Assembly: GCA_947073045.1 (NCBI GenBank)
Contig: CAMTJU010000006.1
Coordinates: forward strand, 2,159-66,158
Length of the DNA: 64,000 nt
Reading direction: 5' to 3'
Source of the DNA: an uncultured Clostridia bacterium
GTDB lineage: Bacteria; Bacillota; Clostridia; Lachnospirales; CAMVHY01
Part shown: in pieces, positions 1 through 8,850 of the stretch
Layout of the letters: every line of letters begins with the position of its first letter
Position numbering within the stretch: the first letter of the stretch is position 1
Made by a program: the position numbers and the translations under genes
Notes under the pieces: generated by a model
The model's database searches: none
What the model was told of the DNA's origin: nothing
What the model saw: only the letters and a program-made list of their open reading frames with translations

Positions 1-2093
1 TATCCAATGCCACATTCTTTCATGGTTCTTACTATTTTTTCGAATGCATCCAAATTGTTAGCCATGTTTCCATCCAATTCAACATAGGTTATATGACCTG
101 CATTAGTTAATTTATGATATGGAGCCTCAAGTTTTATTTTTTCGTGTGCACAAATTTTGTGATATACGGGAACATGAAAGCTGTTCGTATAATAATTTCT
201 GTCTGTGACGCCTGGGATTGTTCCAAATTTCTTTTTGTCTATCGCAACAAATCTTCCTGCTAATCCTTCAGCTGGCGTTGCTAAAAGCGTGTAATTCAAA
301 TTTTTTTCTTGACTTAATTTATCTAAATAATCTCGCATGAAACTTATTATTTCTAATCCTAAATTTTGTGCTTGTATACTTTCGCCATGATGTTTTCCAA
401 CGAGTGCTTTAAGACATTCGGCAAGTCCTATAAATCCTATGGAAAGTGTACCGTGTTTAAGAATGTCACCAATTTTATCTTCAGGATTAAATTTTTCAGA
501 GTCAATCCAAACTCCTTGTCCCATTAAAAATGGAAAATTCTTGACCTTTTTTTCACATTGTATATGAAATCTGTCGGTGAGTTGTTTCGAAACTAAATCC
601 ATTTTTCTCTCTAGCTCTTCGAAAAACCAATCGATATTTCCATTACTTTTTATAGCGATACGTGGAAGATTTATGGAAGTAAAGCTTAAGTTTCCACGTC
701 CATAAACAATTTCTGGGCCACATACATTTCCAATTACACGCGTTCTGCAGCCCATATATGCAATTTCAGTTTCTGGATGATTTGGAATGTAATATTTTAA
801 ATTGAATGGAGCATCAATAAATGAGAAATTAGGAAATAATCTTTTTGCGCTGACACGACAGGCTAATTTAAACAAATCATAATTTTTATCTTCAGGGTTA
901 TAATTTATGCCATCTTTAATTTTAAAAATTTGTATGGGAAATATTGCTGTTTCGTTTTTGCCTAAACCGGATTCTGTTGCCAATAAAATATTTTTAATTA
1001 CCATACGTCCTTCAAGACTTGTGTCTGTTCCGTAATTTATAGATGAAAAAGGAGTTTGTGCACCGGCACGCGAATGCATGGTATTTAAATTATGTAACAA
1101 AGCTTCCATTGCCTGATAAACTTCTTTTTCTGTTTCCTCGAGTGATGTTTTATAAACAAATTGCTGAATCGTTTTTATTTTTTCATTCAAAATTCCTAAT
1201 TTATTTAAAAATTTTTTCTCACTATCAATATATTTTTCTTGCATATCTAAATTTAATTCGTGTGAATTTTTTTCTTTCCATCCTTTTATTTCTTTCATAC
1301 TTATATCAAGTTCTGGACAAATTAAAGATATAGCTTTAAATAGATTGGAAGAATAAATACTGCAAAAAGTTTTCCTCACACCATTTGCCATTGCATAATC
1401 AAAATTTGGAATACTTTGCCCACCATGTTGATCATTTTGATTTGATTGGATAGCAATGCATGCAAGCGCTGCGTAACTTCTTATACTGTTTGGTTCACGT
1501 AAAAATCCATGTCCTGTTGAAAATCCATTTTGAAATAATTTTATTAGATCAATTTGGCAGCAAGTTGTGGTTAATGTATAAAAATCAAAATCGTGAATAT
1601 GAATGTCGCCGTCTTTATGCGCTTTACTTTGTGATGGAGTTAGTATACTTTTTTCATAAAAATATTTTGCGCCCTCTGAGCCGTATTTTAACATTGTTCC
1701 CATTGCCGTATCGCAATTAATATTTGCGTTGTCGCGCTGCATGTTACTTTCTTTTGAATCAGTGAATGTAACTTCTTTGTATGTTTGCATTAAATTTGAA
1801 TTAAGCTCGCGAACTTTAGTGCGTTCGCTTCGATATAAAATATAATTTTTAGCTACAATATTATATTTATTATCGATAAGGACATTCTCGACTGTATCTT
1901 GAATATTTTCGACAGATGGTGGATTATCAGAATATTTTTCTTCGAGCTCACCCTCAACAATTTTTGCAAGCCTAATACTTTCAGATTTATCAGTGCGATT
2001 TGAAGCTGACATTGATTTTAAGATTGCACTAGATATTTTATCAATGTCGTATGAAACTTTTCGTCCATCCCTTTTTATTATTTCCTGAAACAT
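1..2093 (-). CDS. nrdD: anaerobic ribonucleoside-triphosphate reductase (class III RNR), N-terminal part; 3' end runs off the window
   Basis: Hand translation of the minus strand from ATG (rc of 2091-2093), preceded by AGGAGG. It starts MFQEIIKRDGRKVSYDIDKISSAILKS (ATP-cone) and stays in an open frame to position 1. Absent from the ORF track only because it is open at the window edge. Confidence 0.8.
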   Translation of the reverse strand, partial: MFQEIIKRDGRKVSYDIDKISSAILKSMSASNRTDKSESIRLAKIVEGELEEKYSDNPPSVENIQDTVENVLIDNKYNIVAKNYILYRSERTKVRELNSNLMQTYKEVTFTDSKESNMQRDNANINCDTAMGTMLKYGSEGAKYFYEKSILTPSQSKAHKDGDIHIHDFDFYTLTTTCCQIDLIKLFQNGFSTGHGFLREPNSIRSYAALACIAIQSNQNDQHGGQSIPNFDYAMANGVRKTFCSIYSSNLFKAISLICPELDISMKEIKGWKEKNSHELNLDMQEKYIDSEKKFLNKLGILNEKIKTIQQFVYKTSLEETEKEVYQAMEALLHNLNTMHSRAGAQTPFSSINYGTDTSLEGRMVIKNILLATESGLGKNETAIFPIQIFKIKDGINYNPEDKNYDLFKLACRVSAKRLFPNFSFIDAPFNLKYYIPNHPETEIAYMGCRTRVIGNVCGPEIVYGRGNLSFTSINLPRIAIKSNGNIDWFFEELERKMDLVSKQLTDRFHIQCEKKVKNFPFLMGQGVWIDSEKFNPEDKIGDILKHGTLSIGFIGLAECLKALVGKHHGESIQAQNLGLEIISFMRDYLDKLSQEKNLNYTLLATPAEGLAGRFVAIDKKKFGTIPGVTDRNYYTNSFHVPVYHKICAHEKIKLEAPYHKLTNAGHITYVELDGNMANNLDAFEKIVRTMKECGIG

Positions 2094-2117
2094 AAAAAAT
2101 ACCTCCTGTTTTTTATA

Positions 2118-2350
2118 AAAAAAAATACTCCCATAACTGAGAGTAAATGAAATTTTAACAGGTGCATCGTTAAAAATTCCATTAATCCTCACCGATTATG
2201 GTAAATTTAAAATGCTGACAGGTATCCTGACTCAGGGCTTCAATCCTAATTTTTCTGTCTTCCCGCATACGCAGTGACTTTTTGAAATTTCGTAGCCCTT
2301 ACAGTAAAGTGAGCTGTTACGGAATCTAACCGTATTCCCTTTTAATCTCA
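2118..2350 (-). promoter_or_regulatory. cobalamin (B12) riboswitch with intrinsic terminator in the nrdD 5' leader
   Basis: The minus strand reads AAAGGGAAUACGGUUAGAUUCCGUAACAGCUC ... AAGUCACUGCG ... GAAGCCCUGAGUCAGGAUACCUGUCAGC, which resembles the cobalamin riboswitch core and B12 box. This is followed by hairpin ACUCUC-AGUUAU-GGGAGU plus a U-run (plus strand 2120-2150) just before the RBS. Confidence 0.65.
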
Positions 2351-2370
2351 AATGAGAATCAGCAAATTTA

Positions 2371-2376
2371 ATTATA
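2371..2376 (-). promoter_or_regulatory. candidate extended -10 (TGTTATAAT) promoter element for the riboswitch-nrdD transcript
   Basis: The reverse complement of 2371-2379 reads TGTTATAAT, about 20 nt upstream of the riboswitch core. Confidence 0.35.
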
Positions 2377-2429
2377 ACATAGGGAAATTAATTTTTCATA
2401 AAAAAATATTGCATTTTACAAAAATATAT

Positions 2430-2458
2430 TTGACAAAGTAATCAAAATGTAATAAAAT
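2430..2458 (+). promoter_or_regulatory. sigma-A-type promoter for the partner-switching operon
   Basis: TTGACA (2430-2435), 17-nt spacer, TAAAAT (2453-2458), about 50 nt upstream of the RBS/ATG at 2510. Confidence 0.45.
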
Positions 2459-2509
2459 GCAATTAATAGAATTTTTGTATACTTTTTTCAACAAAGGAGG
2501 TAATTTTTT

Positions 2510-2842
2510 ATGGAACTTATTATTGATTCAAAGTTTGATGCTCAAAATAATAATTGGCAAATTGAAATTAATGGTGAGGTTGATTTGTTTAACTCTGCCG
2601 AAATGAAAGCCAAATTATTATCATTGCTTGATGAAAAACCTGCGGACCTTATTATTAATTGTGCTAACTTGGATTATATTGATTCGACTGCTTTAGGAGC
2701 ATTGGTTGCAGTATTAAAAAATGCAAAGGAATATGGCTGCGATATATATCTTAAAAATATTAAGCACAACATTGAAAAATTATTCAAGATTACAAATTTG
2801 GATAAAGTATTTAATATAGAAGGTGATGAAAATGAGCAGTGA
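2510..2842 (+). CDS. STAS-domain anti-sigma-factor antagonist (SpoIIAA/RsbV family)
   Basis: 110 aa with the motif LDYIDSTALGALV (phosphorylatable Ser/Thr context); GGAGG RBS; first gene of the operon. Confidence 0.85.
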   Translation: MELIIDSKFDAQNNNWQIEINGEVDLFNSAEMKAKLLSLLDEKPADLIINCANLDYIDSTALGALVAVLKNAKEYGCDIYLKNIKHNIEKLFKITNLDKVFNIEGDENEQ

Positions 2843-3224
2843 GCAGACAATTGAACTTACGCTGCCAATTAATGCAGCATATATTTCTGCTGCAAGATTG
2901 ACATCTTCTTCTATTGCAAATAGATTAGGTTTTGGAATTGAAGAAATTGAGGATATAAAAACTGCTGTTTCTGAAGCTTGCACTTTTATTATTGAAAAAT
3001 TATCGGACAGTTCGAAAAGTCCTTTCAAATTAAAATTCAAACCTAATAAAAATTGTGTATCAATTATTTTTGAAGTTGACGCAAATATAAATTTTGAATT
3101 TGTAAATAATGAAACAAGTATACTAATGATAAAAGCCTTGATGGATGAAATGAAAGTTGATTCAAAAAATAATGGTTTTGTTATGAGCATTACCAAGAAC
3201 CATAAGGTTATTTCGTTTGATTGA
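2832..3224 (+). CDS. RsbW/SpoIIAB-like HATPase-fold protein lacking recognisable N/G boxes (possible pseudokinase)
   Basis: LPINAAYISAARLTSSSIANRLGFGIEEIEDIKTAVSEACTFII resembles the N-terminal helices of anti-sigma Ser kinases, but no Asn box or DxGxG is visible. Start taken at ATG 2832 after GAAGGTG; the track ORF opens at GTG 2823. Confidence 0.5.
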   Translation: MSSEQTIELTLPINAAYISAARLTSSSIANRLGFGIEEIEDIKTAVSEACTFIIEKLSDSSKSPFKLKFKPNKNCVSIIFEVDANINFEFVNNETSILMIKALMDEMKVDSKNNGFVMSITKNHKVISFD

Positions 3225-3243
3225 AAGTTGAGGTGGTAAAATT

Positions 3244-3672
3244 ATGAAGCTCAAAACTTTTCAAGTTTCCCTTTCTAGTGATTTATATAACATGAAAAAT
3301 ACCGTTAACCAAGCTTTGGAATTTATAAATGAAAATAAACCGAATCTGAACAAAAATGATGTTTACGATATTAAATTAGTGCTTAATGAACTTTTGGCAA
3401 ATGCCATAATTCATGGCAATAAAAAAAATAAATCGAAAAATGTTTATCTCAAAATGAAATTAAAAAAGAATTCGATTTATACGAAAATATCGGATGAGGG
3501 CAAAGGATTTGATTATTTGAATTATTTATCAAAGTATAATTCGGATAAATCATCACAGATGAAAGAAAATGGTCGTGGTATAAAATTAGCTTGCTCATTG
3601 ACAGATTGTATAGCTTTTAATTCTTTAGGCAATGAAATTAAATTTTTAAAAAAGGTGAATCCGAATGGATAA
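3244..3672 (+). CDS. anti-sigma regulatory factor, serine protein kinase (HATPase_c; RsbW/SpoIIAB family)
   Basis: N box LNELLANAIIHGN, G1 box DEGKGFD, G2 box GRGIKL. Confidence 0.75.
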   Translation: MKLKTFQVSLSSDLYNMKNTVNQALEFINENKPNLNKNDVYDIKLVLNELLANAIIHGNKKNKSKNVYLKMKLKKNSIYTKISDEGKGFDYLNYLSKYNSDKSSQMKENGRGIKLACSLTDCIAFNSLGNEIKFLKKVNPNG

Positions 3673-4798
3673 AATCCTAATTGTAGATAATATAAAAAAC
3701 ACAGAGCTTTTGAGAAACCTTTTGATTAATGATACATGTGAGATTTATACATCACAAAGCGGTTATAATGCTTTAGCAAAAGTTAAAATGTTTCATCCGG
3801 ATTTAATTATAATGGAAACAAATTTGACTGATATAAGCGGATATGATATATGCAAAACTTTGAAGGAAAGTAGCAAAACTCAAGATATAATTATATTGCT
3901 TTTATCGAGTTCAGATTTTAAACAAGCAAAATTAAAAGCATTTGAAGTTGGAGCGGATGATTTTTTAGAAAAAAATTTTGATTCTTTTATATTAATTTCA
4001 AAAGTAAAATCTCTATTGCGTATAAAGTATTTGCGAAAGCAGCTACAAGAAAAATATGCGCAACTTGAAGAAACAAATAATATTTTAGATACGCAATTAA
4101 AAATGGCACAGCGTTTGCAGCATTCATTAATCCCCGAAATAAATACAAAGTTTGGTAATGTAGGTGTTTATAGCAAATATTTGCCGGCTATGTATATAGG
4201 CGGGGATTTTTATGATGTAATAAATTTAAAAAAAGATTGCGTATGTATTATATTAGGGGATGTTTCGGGGCACGGTATATCGGCTGCACTTTTGACGGCA
4301 ATGTTAAATAATATGATAAAAAATATTGTAGAGCGACATTTCGATCCTGATAAAGTATTATATTTCCTCAATCATGAATTTATTTCTACTGTCAATACAA
4401 ATGAAATATATGCGTGCGTATTTATAGCAATAATAGATACGGCCGCGCATAAAATATTTTATAGCAATGCTGGACAGCCATCGCCAATTTTTATTTCTGG
4501 TGGCAAAACAAAAGAGCTCCTGTCAACAGGAACTCCTATAGGTTTAATGAATAACTCGCAATATGAAAATAAAGTAATAAGTTACGAATATAATGATAAA
4601 ATATTTTTTCATACGGATGGTCTCGAAAATAATTTTTATAAAGATGACCCCGATGGATTTGCACGTGATTTGAATAAAATTTTGTGTGAATCATCCGACA
4701 ATGAACTCATGCAAAATATTTTAAATCAGTTTTATTATGGTGATGTAGAAAATAAATACGAAGCGGATGATGTTAGCGTAATCATATGTAGCTTGTAG
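3665..4798 (+). CDS. response-regulator receiver fused to PP2C/SpoIIE phosphatase (RsbU-like)
   Basis: N-terminal REC domain (ILIVDN ... DLIIMETNLTDISG) and C-terminal PPM domain (GGDFYDV, GDVSGHGISAALL, HTDG). Confidence 0.85.
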   Translation: MDKILIVDNIKNTELLRNLLINDTCEIYTSQSGYNALAKVKMFHPDLIIMETNLTDISGYDICKTLKESSKTQDIIILLLSSSDFKQAKLKAFEVGADDFLEKNFDSFILISKVKSLLRIKYLRKQLQEKYAQLEETNNILDTQLKMAQRLQHSLIPEINTKFGNVGVYSKYLPAMYIGGDFYDVINLKKDCVCIILGDVSGHGISAALLTAMLNNMIKNIVERHFDPDKVLYFLNHEFISTVNTNEIYACVFIAIIDTAAHKIFYSNAGQPSPIFISGGKTKELLSTGTPIGLMNNSQYENKVISYEYNDKIFFHTDGLENNFYKDDPDGFARDLNKILCESSDNELMQNILNQFYYGDVENKYEADDVSVIICSL

Positions 4799-4799
4799 A

Positions 4800-5948
4800 T
4801 TATTGCCCTGAAATAAGTGGTGTTTGTATGTCTTTTTCATCATTGGTTTGTTGAGAGAAATTTGAATTAAAGGTAGCTGCTTTATAAGTTGCAGAATCTA
4901 TATTTTGACGAAAATTTGATTTTTCGTCTTGTTGATTATGATTTATAAATGGTATTCCTTTTTCTAAGCCTTTTTTAATTTCATCTATACCTTTGTTATA
5001 ATTTTTATCTTTATGTAATTTTATAGAGGCTGCTGTGGTTATGCTAAGAGCAGCTAGTCCTGAAACAGCAGTTATAATAGAACATATTATAGTATGAGAA
5101 GCTATGTAAGCAGCAATAGTTTTTCCTATAGCTCCTATTCCGGCTAAAAATGTTAGACCTATTCCGCCTGTAAAAATTCCCAATGCTACTGTGCTTGATA
5201 TTAATATAATTCCTATTGCTATTAATAATGCTTTGGGCCAAATTTTTCTTTTATGGGGTACTTTTGATGACAAAAGTCCATTTTCTCCTTGATTTTGAGT
5301 AAGGTTATCTGTCAAAAATAATTTTTCTTCAATTTCACTTGGACTTTTACATTGGATTTCTGAATGTGATTTATTTAACTCATAAGTCAATGCACTTAGC
5401 GCATATATTTTTATATTTCTACTTGGTGAATTTTTTTCGTTGCCAAACATATTAATCTTTATAACTGCAGAACGAAATGCACATTGACTGATAAGCCAAT
5501 TTATTTGTTCCTCAGTTAATATTTGATTTTCATAAATTGATAACAGCTTATTAAGTTCATCATTTATTAATTTATCGTTAGAATTTTTTGGTTGACTTTC
5601 TTCATCGTAATCAATATTACCAAACGATTTTATAATATACCAATTAAAAATAGCTAAATCGTTTGATATTTCATCTCCTTGATCTGAATCAAATGTAAAT
5701 TTCCATGATTTTCGTGGATAATTATTTCTATTAAAATTATTATCATTTATCAAATATCCAAAAGGAATGAGGTTATTAGCTGTCTCTTGTTTTGCATTTT
5801 CTTCTACTATTGTTTTATAACATTCTATTTGCGCCTCACATAAAAAATCATCATATGATTCATATTGTGAAGTTTCAAAAGATAATTTTTGATTTATATT
5901 ATATGTCAATTCAACGCTGATTTTTTTTGATTCTCTTGCGTTTTCCAT
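4800..5948 (-). CDS. hypothetical membrane protein: soluble N-domain, Gly/Ala/Ile-rich multi-TM block, short C-tail
   Basis: Start ATG (MENARESKK) after GAGGTGA. TM block: ALLIAIGIILISSTVALGIFTGGIGLTFLAGIGAIGKTIAAYIASHTIICSIITAVSGLAALSI. No family recognised. Confidence 0.55.
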   Translation of the reverse strand: MENARESKKISVELTYNINQKLSFETSQYESYDDFLCEAQIECYKTIVEENAKQETANNLIPFGYLINDNNFNRNNYPRKSWKFTFDSDQGDEISNDLAIFNWYIIKSFGNIDYDEESQPKNSNDKLINDELNKLLSIYENQILTEEQINWLISQCAFRSAVIKINMFGNEKNSPSRNIKIYALSALTYELNKSHSEIQCKSPSEIEEKLFLTDNLTQNQGENGLLSSKVPHKRKIWPKALLIAIGIILISSTVALGIFTGGIGLTFLAGIGAIGKTIAAYIASHTIICSIITAVSGLAALSITTAASIKLHKDKNYNKGIDEIKKGLEKGIPFINHNQQDEKSNFRQNIDSATYKAATFNSNFSQQTNDEKDIQTPLISGQ

Positions 5949-6028
5949 ATTCGTCACCTCATAATTTATAAAGAATAATAAAAATTGTATCATAAATAGA
6001 AACAAGTTACAACAATTATTTGCAAAAA

Positions 6029-6832
6029 TTATTCTGCTATCTTGTCTATTTTTATATTGATTTGAATATTTCCGGATTGTTCATTAATAACATATTTAGT
6101 GTCGAAGCCAGATGCTTTTGTTACGCTCACAGCTTTTTTAATTGTATTGAAGAATATGCGCAAATCTTTTATCACGCTTTTATTTTTCAGTGTTGTTTCA
6201 CATTGATTGTTGCGTTTTATAGTTTTATCAATTAAATTTTTGGTTGTGCGGATGCTCAATCCATAATAAATTATTTTATCAAGGACTTCGTGTTGCAAAT
6301 CTTCATCATTTAATTTTAATAATGCAAATGCAAAGTCTTCAGACAAATTATTTTCCAAAAGAATTGCCTGGATATCCTTAGAAAGATTTAAAAGATAAAG
6401 CTTGCGCAAAATATAGTCTTCACTTTGTTCGAGAACTACAGCCAAATTTTCAATGGATATTGAGCAATCTAGCATAATATTTCTTAAGCCTTCAGCTTCT
6501 TCTATGTAATTTAAATTGCTGCGCTGTATGTTTTCTATCATCGAGACATAAAGACATTCTTTTGGACTTAAATTAATAATAATAGCGGGGATTTTCTCCA
6601 TATTAAGTAATTTGCAGGCACGAAATCTTCTTTCGCCGGCAACTATTTCATATAGATCAACGCTTATTTTTCTAACGGCAATAGGCTGTAAAAGTCCATA
6701 TTTTTTAATAGAGTCAGTAAGATTAGAAAGGCTTGTCTTAGAGAAAAATTTACGCGCCTGATAAGGATTAGTATTAATTTTATTAATAGGTATGAAACTT
6801 ACATTCATTTCATTTGTTGGCATATTACACAT
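6029..6832 (-). CDS. ParB/Spo0J/Noc-family DNA-binding protein
   Basis: NPYQARKFF, LLQPIAVRK and YEIVAGERRFRACKLL ParB boxes; lies downstream of rsmG as in the Firmicutes rsmG-noc arrangement. Confidence 0.85.
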   Translation of the reverse strand: MCNMPTNEMNVSFIPINKINTNPYQARKFFSKTSLSNLTDSIKKYGLLQPIAVRKISVDLYEIVAGERRFRACKLLNMEKIPAIIINLSPKECLYVSMIENIQRSNLNYIEEAEGLRNIMLDCSISIENLAVVLEQSEDYILRKLYLLNLSKDIQAILLENNLSEDFAFALLKLNDEDLQHEVLDKIIYYGLSIRTTKNLIDKTIKRNNQCETTLKNKSVIKDLRIFFNTIKKAVSVTKASGFDTKYVINEQSGNIQINIKIDKIAE

Positions 6833-6919
6833 AAAAAATCACCTCATGCGATAATTTTATCGATAAGGTGATTTTTTGTAAAGCAGACAGTTCGACAATT
6901 AACAGCAGCAAAAAATAAA

Positions 6920-7633
6920 TTACAACGGTCTTTTCGAAATTTTTGCATAAACCCTGGGATATTTTAGCGGTGTATGCGATAATTTGCGTACGAAAATTAA
7001 AGAGTGAGTTATATTAGAATAGGGGAGTGTAATTTTTTTTATGTCTGAGATTGAAGCGCCGAGTTTATCTATAGCAGATTTGGCAATTTTGATTTCACTT
7101 TTAATTTCGGAGCCCTTGTATGCGACGAAATAGCCACCGATTTTTACAAACGGCAAACAAATTTCGCAAAGAATAGATAAGTTAGCGACAGCTCTCGATA
7201 CGCATAAATCATAATTTTCACGATTGTCATCTGTTTTTACAAATTCTTCGGCGCGCGCGTGAATACAATTTAAATTTTCAAGCCCGAGATTATTTTTGAC
7301 AGTCTGTAAAAATTTAATACGTTTAGCGAGTGAGTCAATGAGCGTTAAATTTATATCGGGGCGCAAAATTTTAAGCGGTACTCCAGGAAATCCGGCACCG
7401 CTTCCAATATCAATTACATTTTGATTTTTGATTTGCATTATGGATAAAATTGATAGACTATCTGCAAAATGTTTTATTATGATTTCATTTTTATCCGTAA
7501 TAGCAGTAAGATTGATTTTTTCGTTCCATTCCAATAATAAATCCATATACCGCAAAAATTTTTCAGACTGCTTGTTATCAATTTCAAGATTTAAATTTTG
7601 AATTGCATCACATAATTTTTTTTTGTAATCCAT
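6920..7633 (-). CDS. rsmG: 16S rRNA (guanine527-N7)-methyltransferase
   Basis: WNEKINLTAI ... VIDIGSGAGFPGVPLKI, a GidB-type SAM motif; 237 aa. Confidence 0.9.
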   Translation of the reverse strand: MDYKKKLCDAIQNLNLEIDNKQSEKFLRYMDLLLEWNEKINLTAITDKNEIIIKHFADSLSILSIMQIKNQNVIDIGSGAGFPGVPLKILRPDINLTLIDSLAKRIKFLQTVKNNLGLENLNCIHARAEEFVKTDDNRENYDLCVSRAVANLSILCEICLPFVKIGGYFVAYKGSEIKSEIKIAKSAIDKLGASISDIKKITLPYSNITHSLIFVRKLSHTPLKYPRVYAKISKRPL

Positions 7634-7663
7634 ATGTGTATACCTCAGTTGATTATATTAAAT

Positions 7664-8836
7664 TTATAAATTTGATTTATAAAATTGAAATGCTTCCAAA
7701 CTTAAAGGATGGATTAGGCGCTGAGCTTTTTTGTTTTTCTCAATTGTAAGTTTCAGGCTGTAAGCAACTGCTTTATTTATATTTTCATATGCTAGTTTAC
7801 GCAAATAATACACTTGCTCGAAAGTTCTGTTTGGCTCAATGCAATCTGCTATATAAATAATTTTTTCCAGCATTGACATTCTTTTTTTGCCGGTTGTGTG
7901 ATGGCTTATTGCATTTAAAATTTGTGTGTCGTTTACACAAAATTTATGAAGAGCAATTTGTGCTGCTAAAAATGAATGTGTAAGGTCGGGCTGCTTTGTC
8001 AGGATTCTATCGAGTTTTATTCTATATTCGTTACACATTCGGATTTTTTCAGAATTAGGAATTTCCTTGGCGCAATCATGTAGCAATCCTGCAATATAAG
8101 CTTTGTGAATATTTTCATCATAGCGCTCTGATAGTTTTATTGCTTCGTCTGCAACATTAATAGAATGAACAAAGCGTTTGTATGTTAAATTTTCGAATAT
8201 ATATTTTTTTATGCCGTCAATATTTATTCTTGAATTGATTTTATATAGATTATGCTCATATATATATTGAGCAACTTTTTTTGGTACAAGATGGTCTATA
8301 TTTTTTTCAATTGCAATTCGATTTCTGATGTTTGTTGAAGAAATATTAAGAGCGTTTATATCAACAATATATATTTGGGCTGAATACTTTTTTTTGGCAG
8401 AGCGAAGTTTTTCACACAATAATTTTTTATTTGTACCTGGGCGCATTGCTACAATTAAATTGCAAGCATCTAATAAATCATTTGTTTTGTGCCATTTATC
8501 AATTTCCATAAAAGAGTCTGCACCAATTATTAAATAAATTTGTGCATGCAAAAATTTTTCTCTAACATAATTTATTGTATCGATGGTGTAGGCTTTGTCA
8601 TTTTTTTGAGTTTCGAACAGTGAAACTTCAAAAAAATTACTACCCTCGAGAGCAAGAGTAGTCATATTAAATCTGTGTGTTTTATCGACTTTAATATTTT
8701 TGTGTGGTGCATTACCTGTTGGAACAAATATTATTTTATCAAGCTGCATTGTATTTTTAATATTTTCTGCTAAAAATAAATGTCCATTATGAATTGGGTT
8801 AAAGCTCCCACCATAAATTCCTATCTTTTGTTCCAT
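7664..8836 (-). CDS. nadD: nicotinate-nucleotide adenylyltransferase fused to a YqeK-type HD-domain hydrolase
   Basis: N-terminus GIYGGSFNPIHNGH (NadD); C-terminal half KRFVHSINVADEA ... LLHDCAK ... HTTG (HD domain). Single 390-aa frame. Confidence 0.85.
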   Translation of the reverse strand: MEQKIGIYGGSFNPIHNGHLFLAENIKNTMQLDKIIFVPTGNAPHKNIKVDKTHRFNMTTLALEGSNFFEVSLFETQKNDKAYTIDTINYVREKFLHAQIYLIIGADSFMEIDKWHKTNDLLDACNLIVAMRPGTNKKLLCEKLRSAKKKYSAQIYIVDINALNISSTNIRNRIAIEKNIDHLVPKKVAQYIYEHNLYKINSRINIDGIKKYIFENLTYKRFVHSINVADEAIKLSERYDENIHKAYIAGLLHDCAKEIPNSEKIRMCNEYRIKLDRILTKQPDLTHSFLAAQIALHKFCVNDTQILNAISHHTTGKKRMSMLEKIIYIADCIEPNRTFEQVYYLRKLAYENINKAVAYSLKLTIEKNKKAQRLIHPLSLEAFQFYKSNL

Positions 8837-8850
8837 AAAGATTACCTCAT

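Noticed and set aside
1043-1720. Plus-strand track ORFs 1043-1333 and 1460-1720
   Set aside because: They lie antisense inside the continuous minus-strand nrdD frame and have low-complexity, hydrophobic AT-driven translations. Treated as spurious.
4796-4802. Zero or near-zero spacing or overlap of convergent gene ends (4798/4800, 21166/21167, 14219-14241) as a special regulatory feature
   Set aside because: Most simply explained by general genome compaction in this AT-rich genome. Noted but not treated as a distinct element.
6029-7633. Replication origin suggested by the rsmG-parB/noc pair
   Set aside because: No dnaA, dnaN, soj or mnmG is nearby, and I noticed no cluster of TTATCCACA-like boxes. 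The strand bias of neighbouring genes is mixed.
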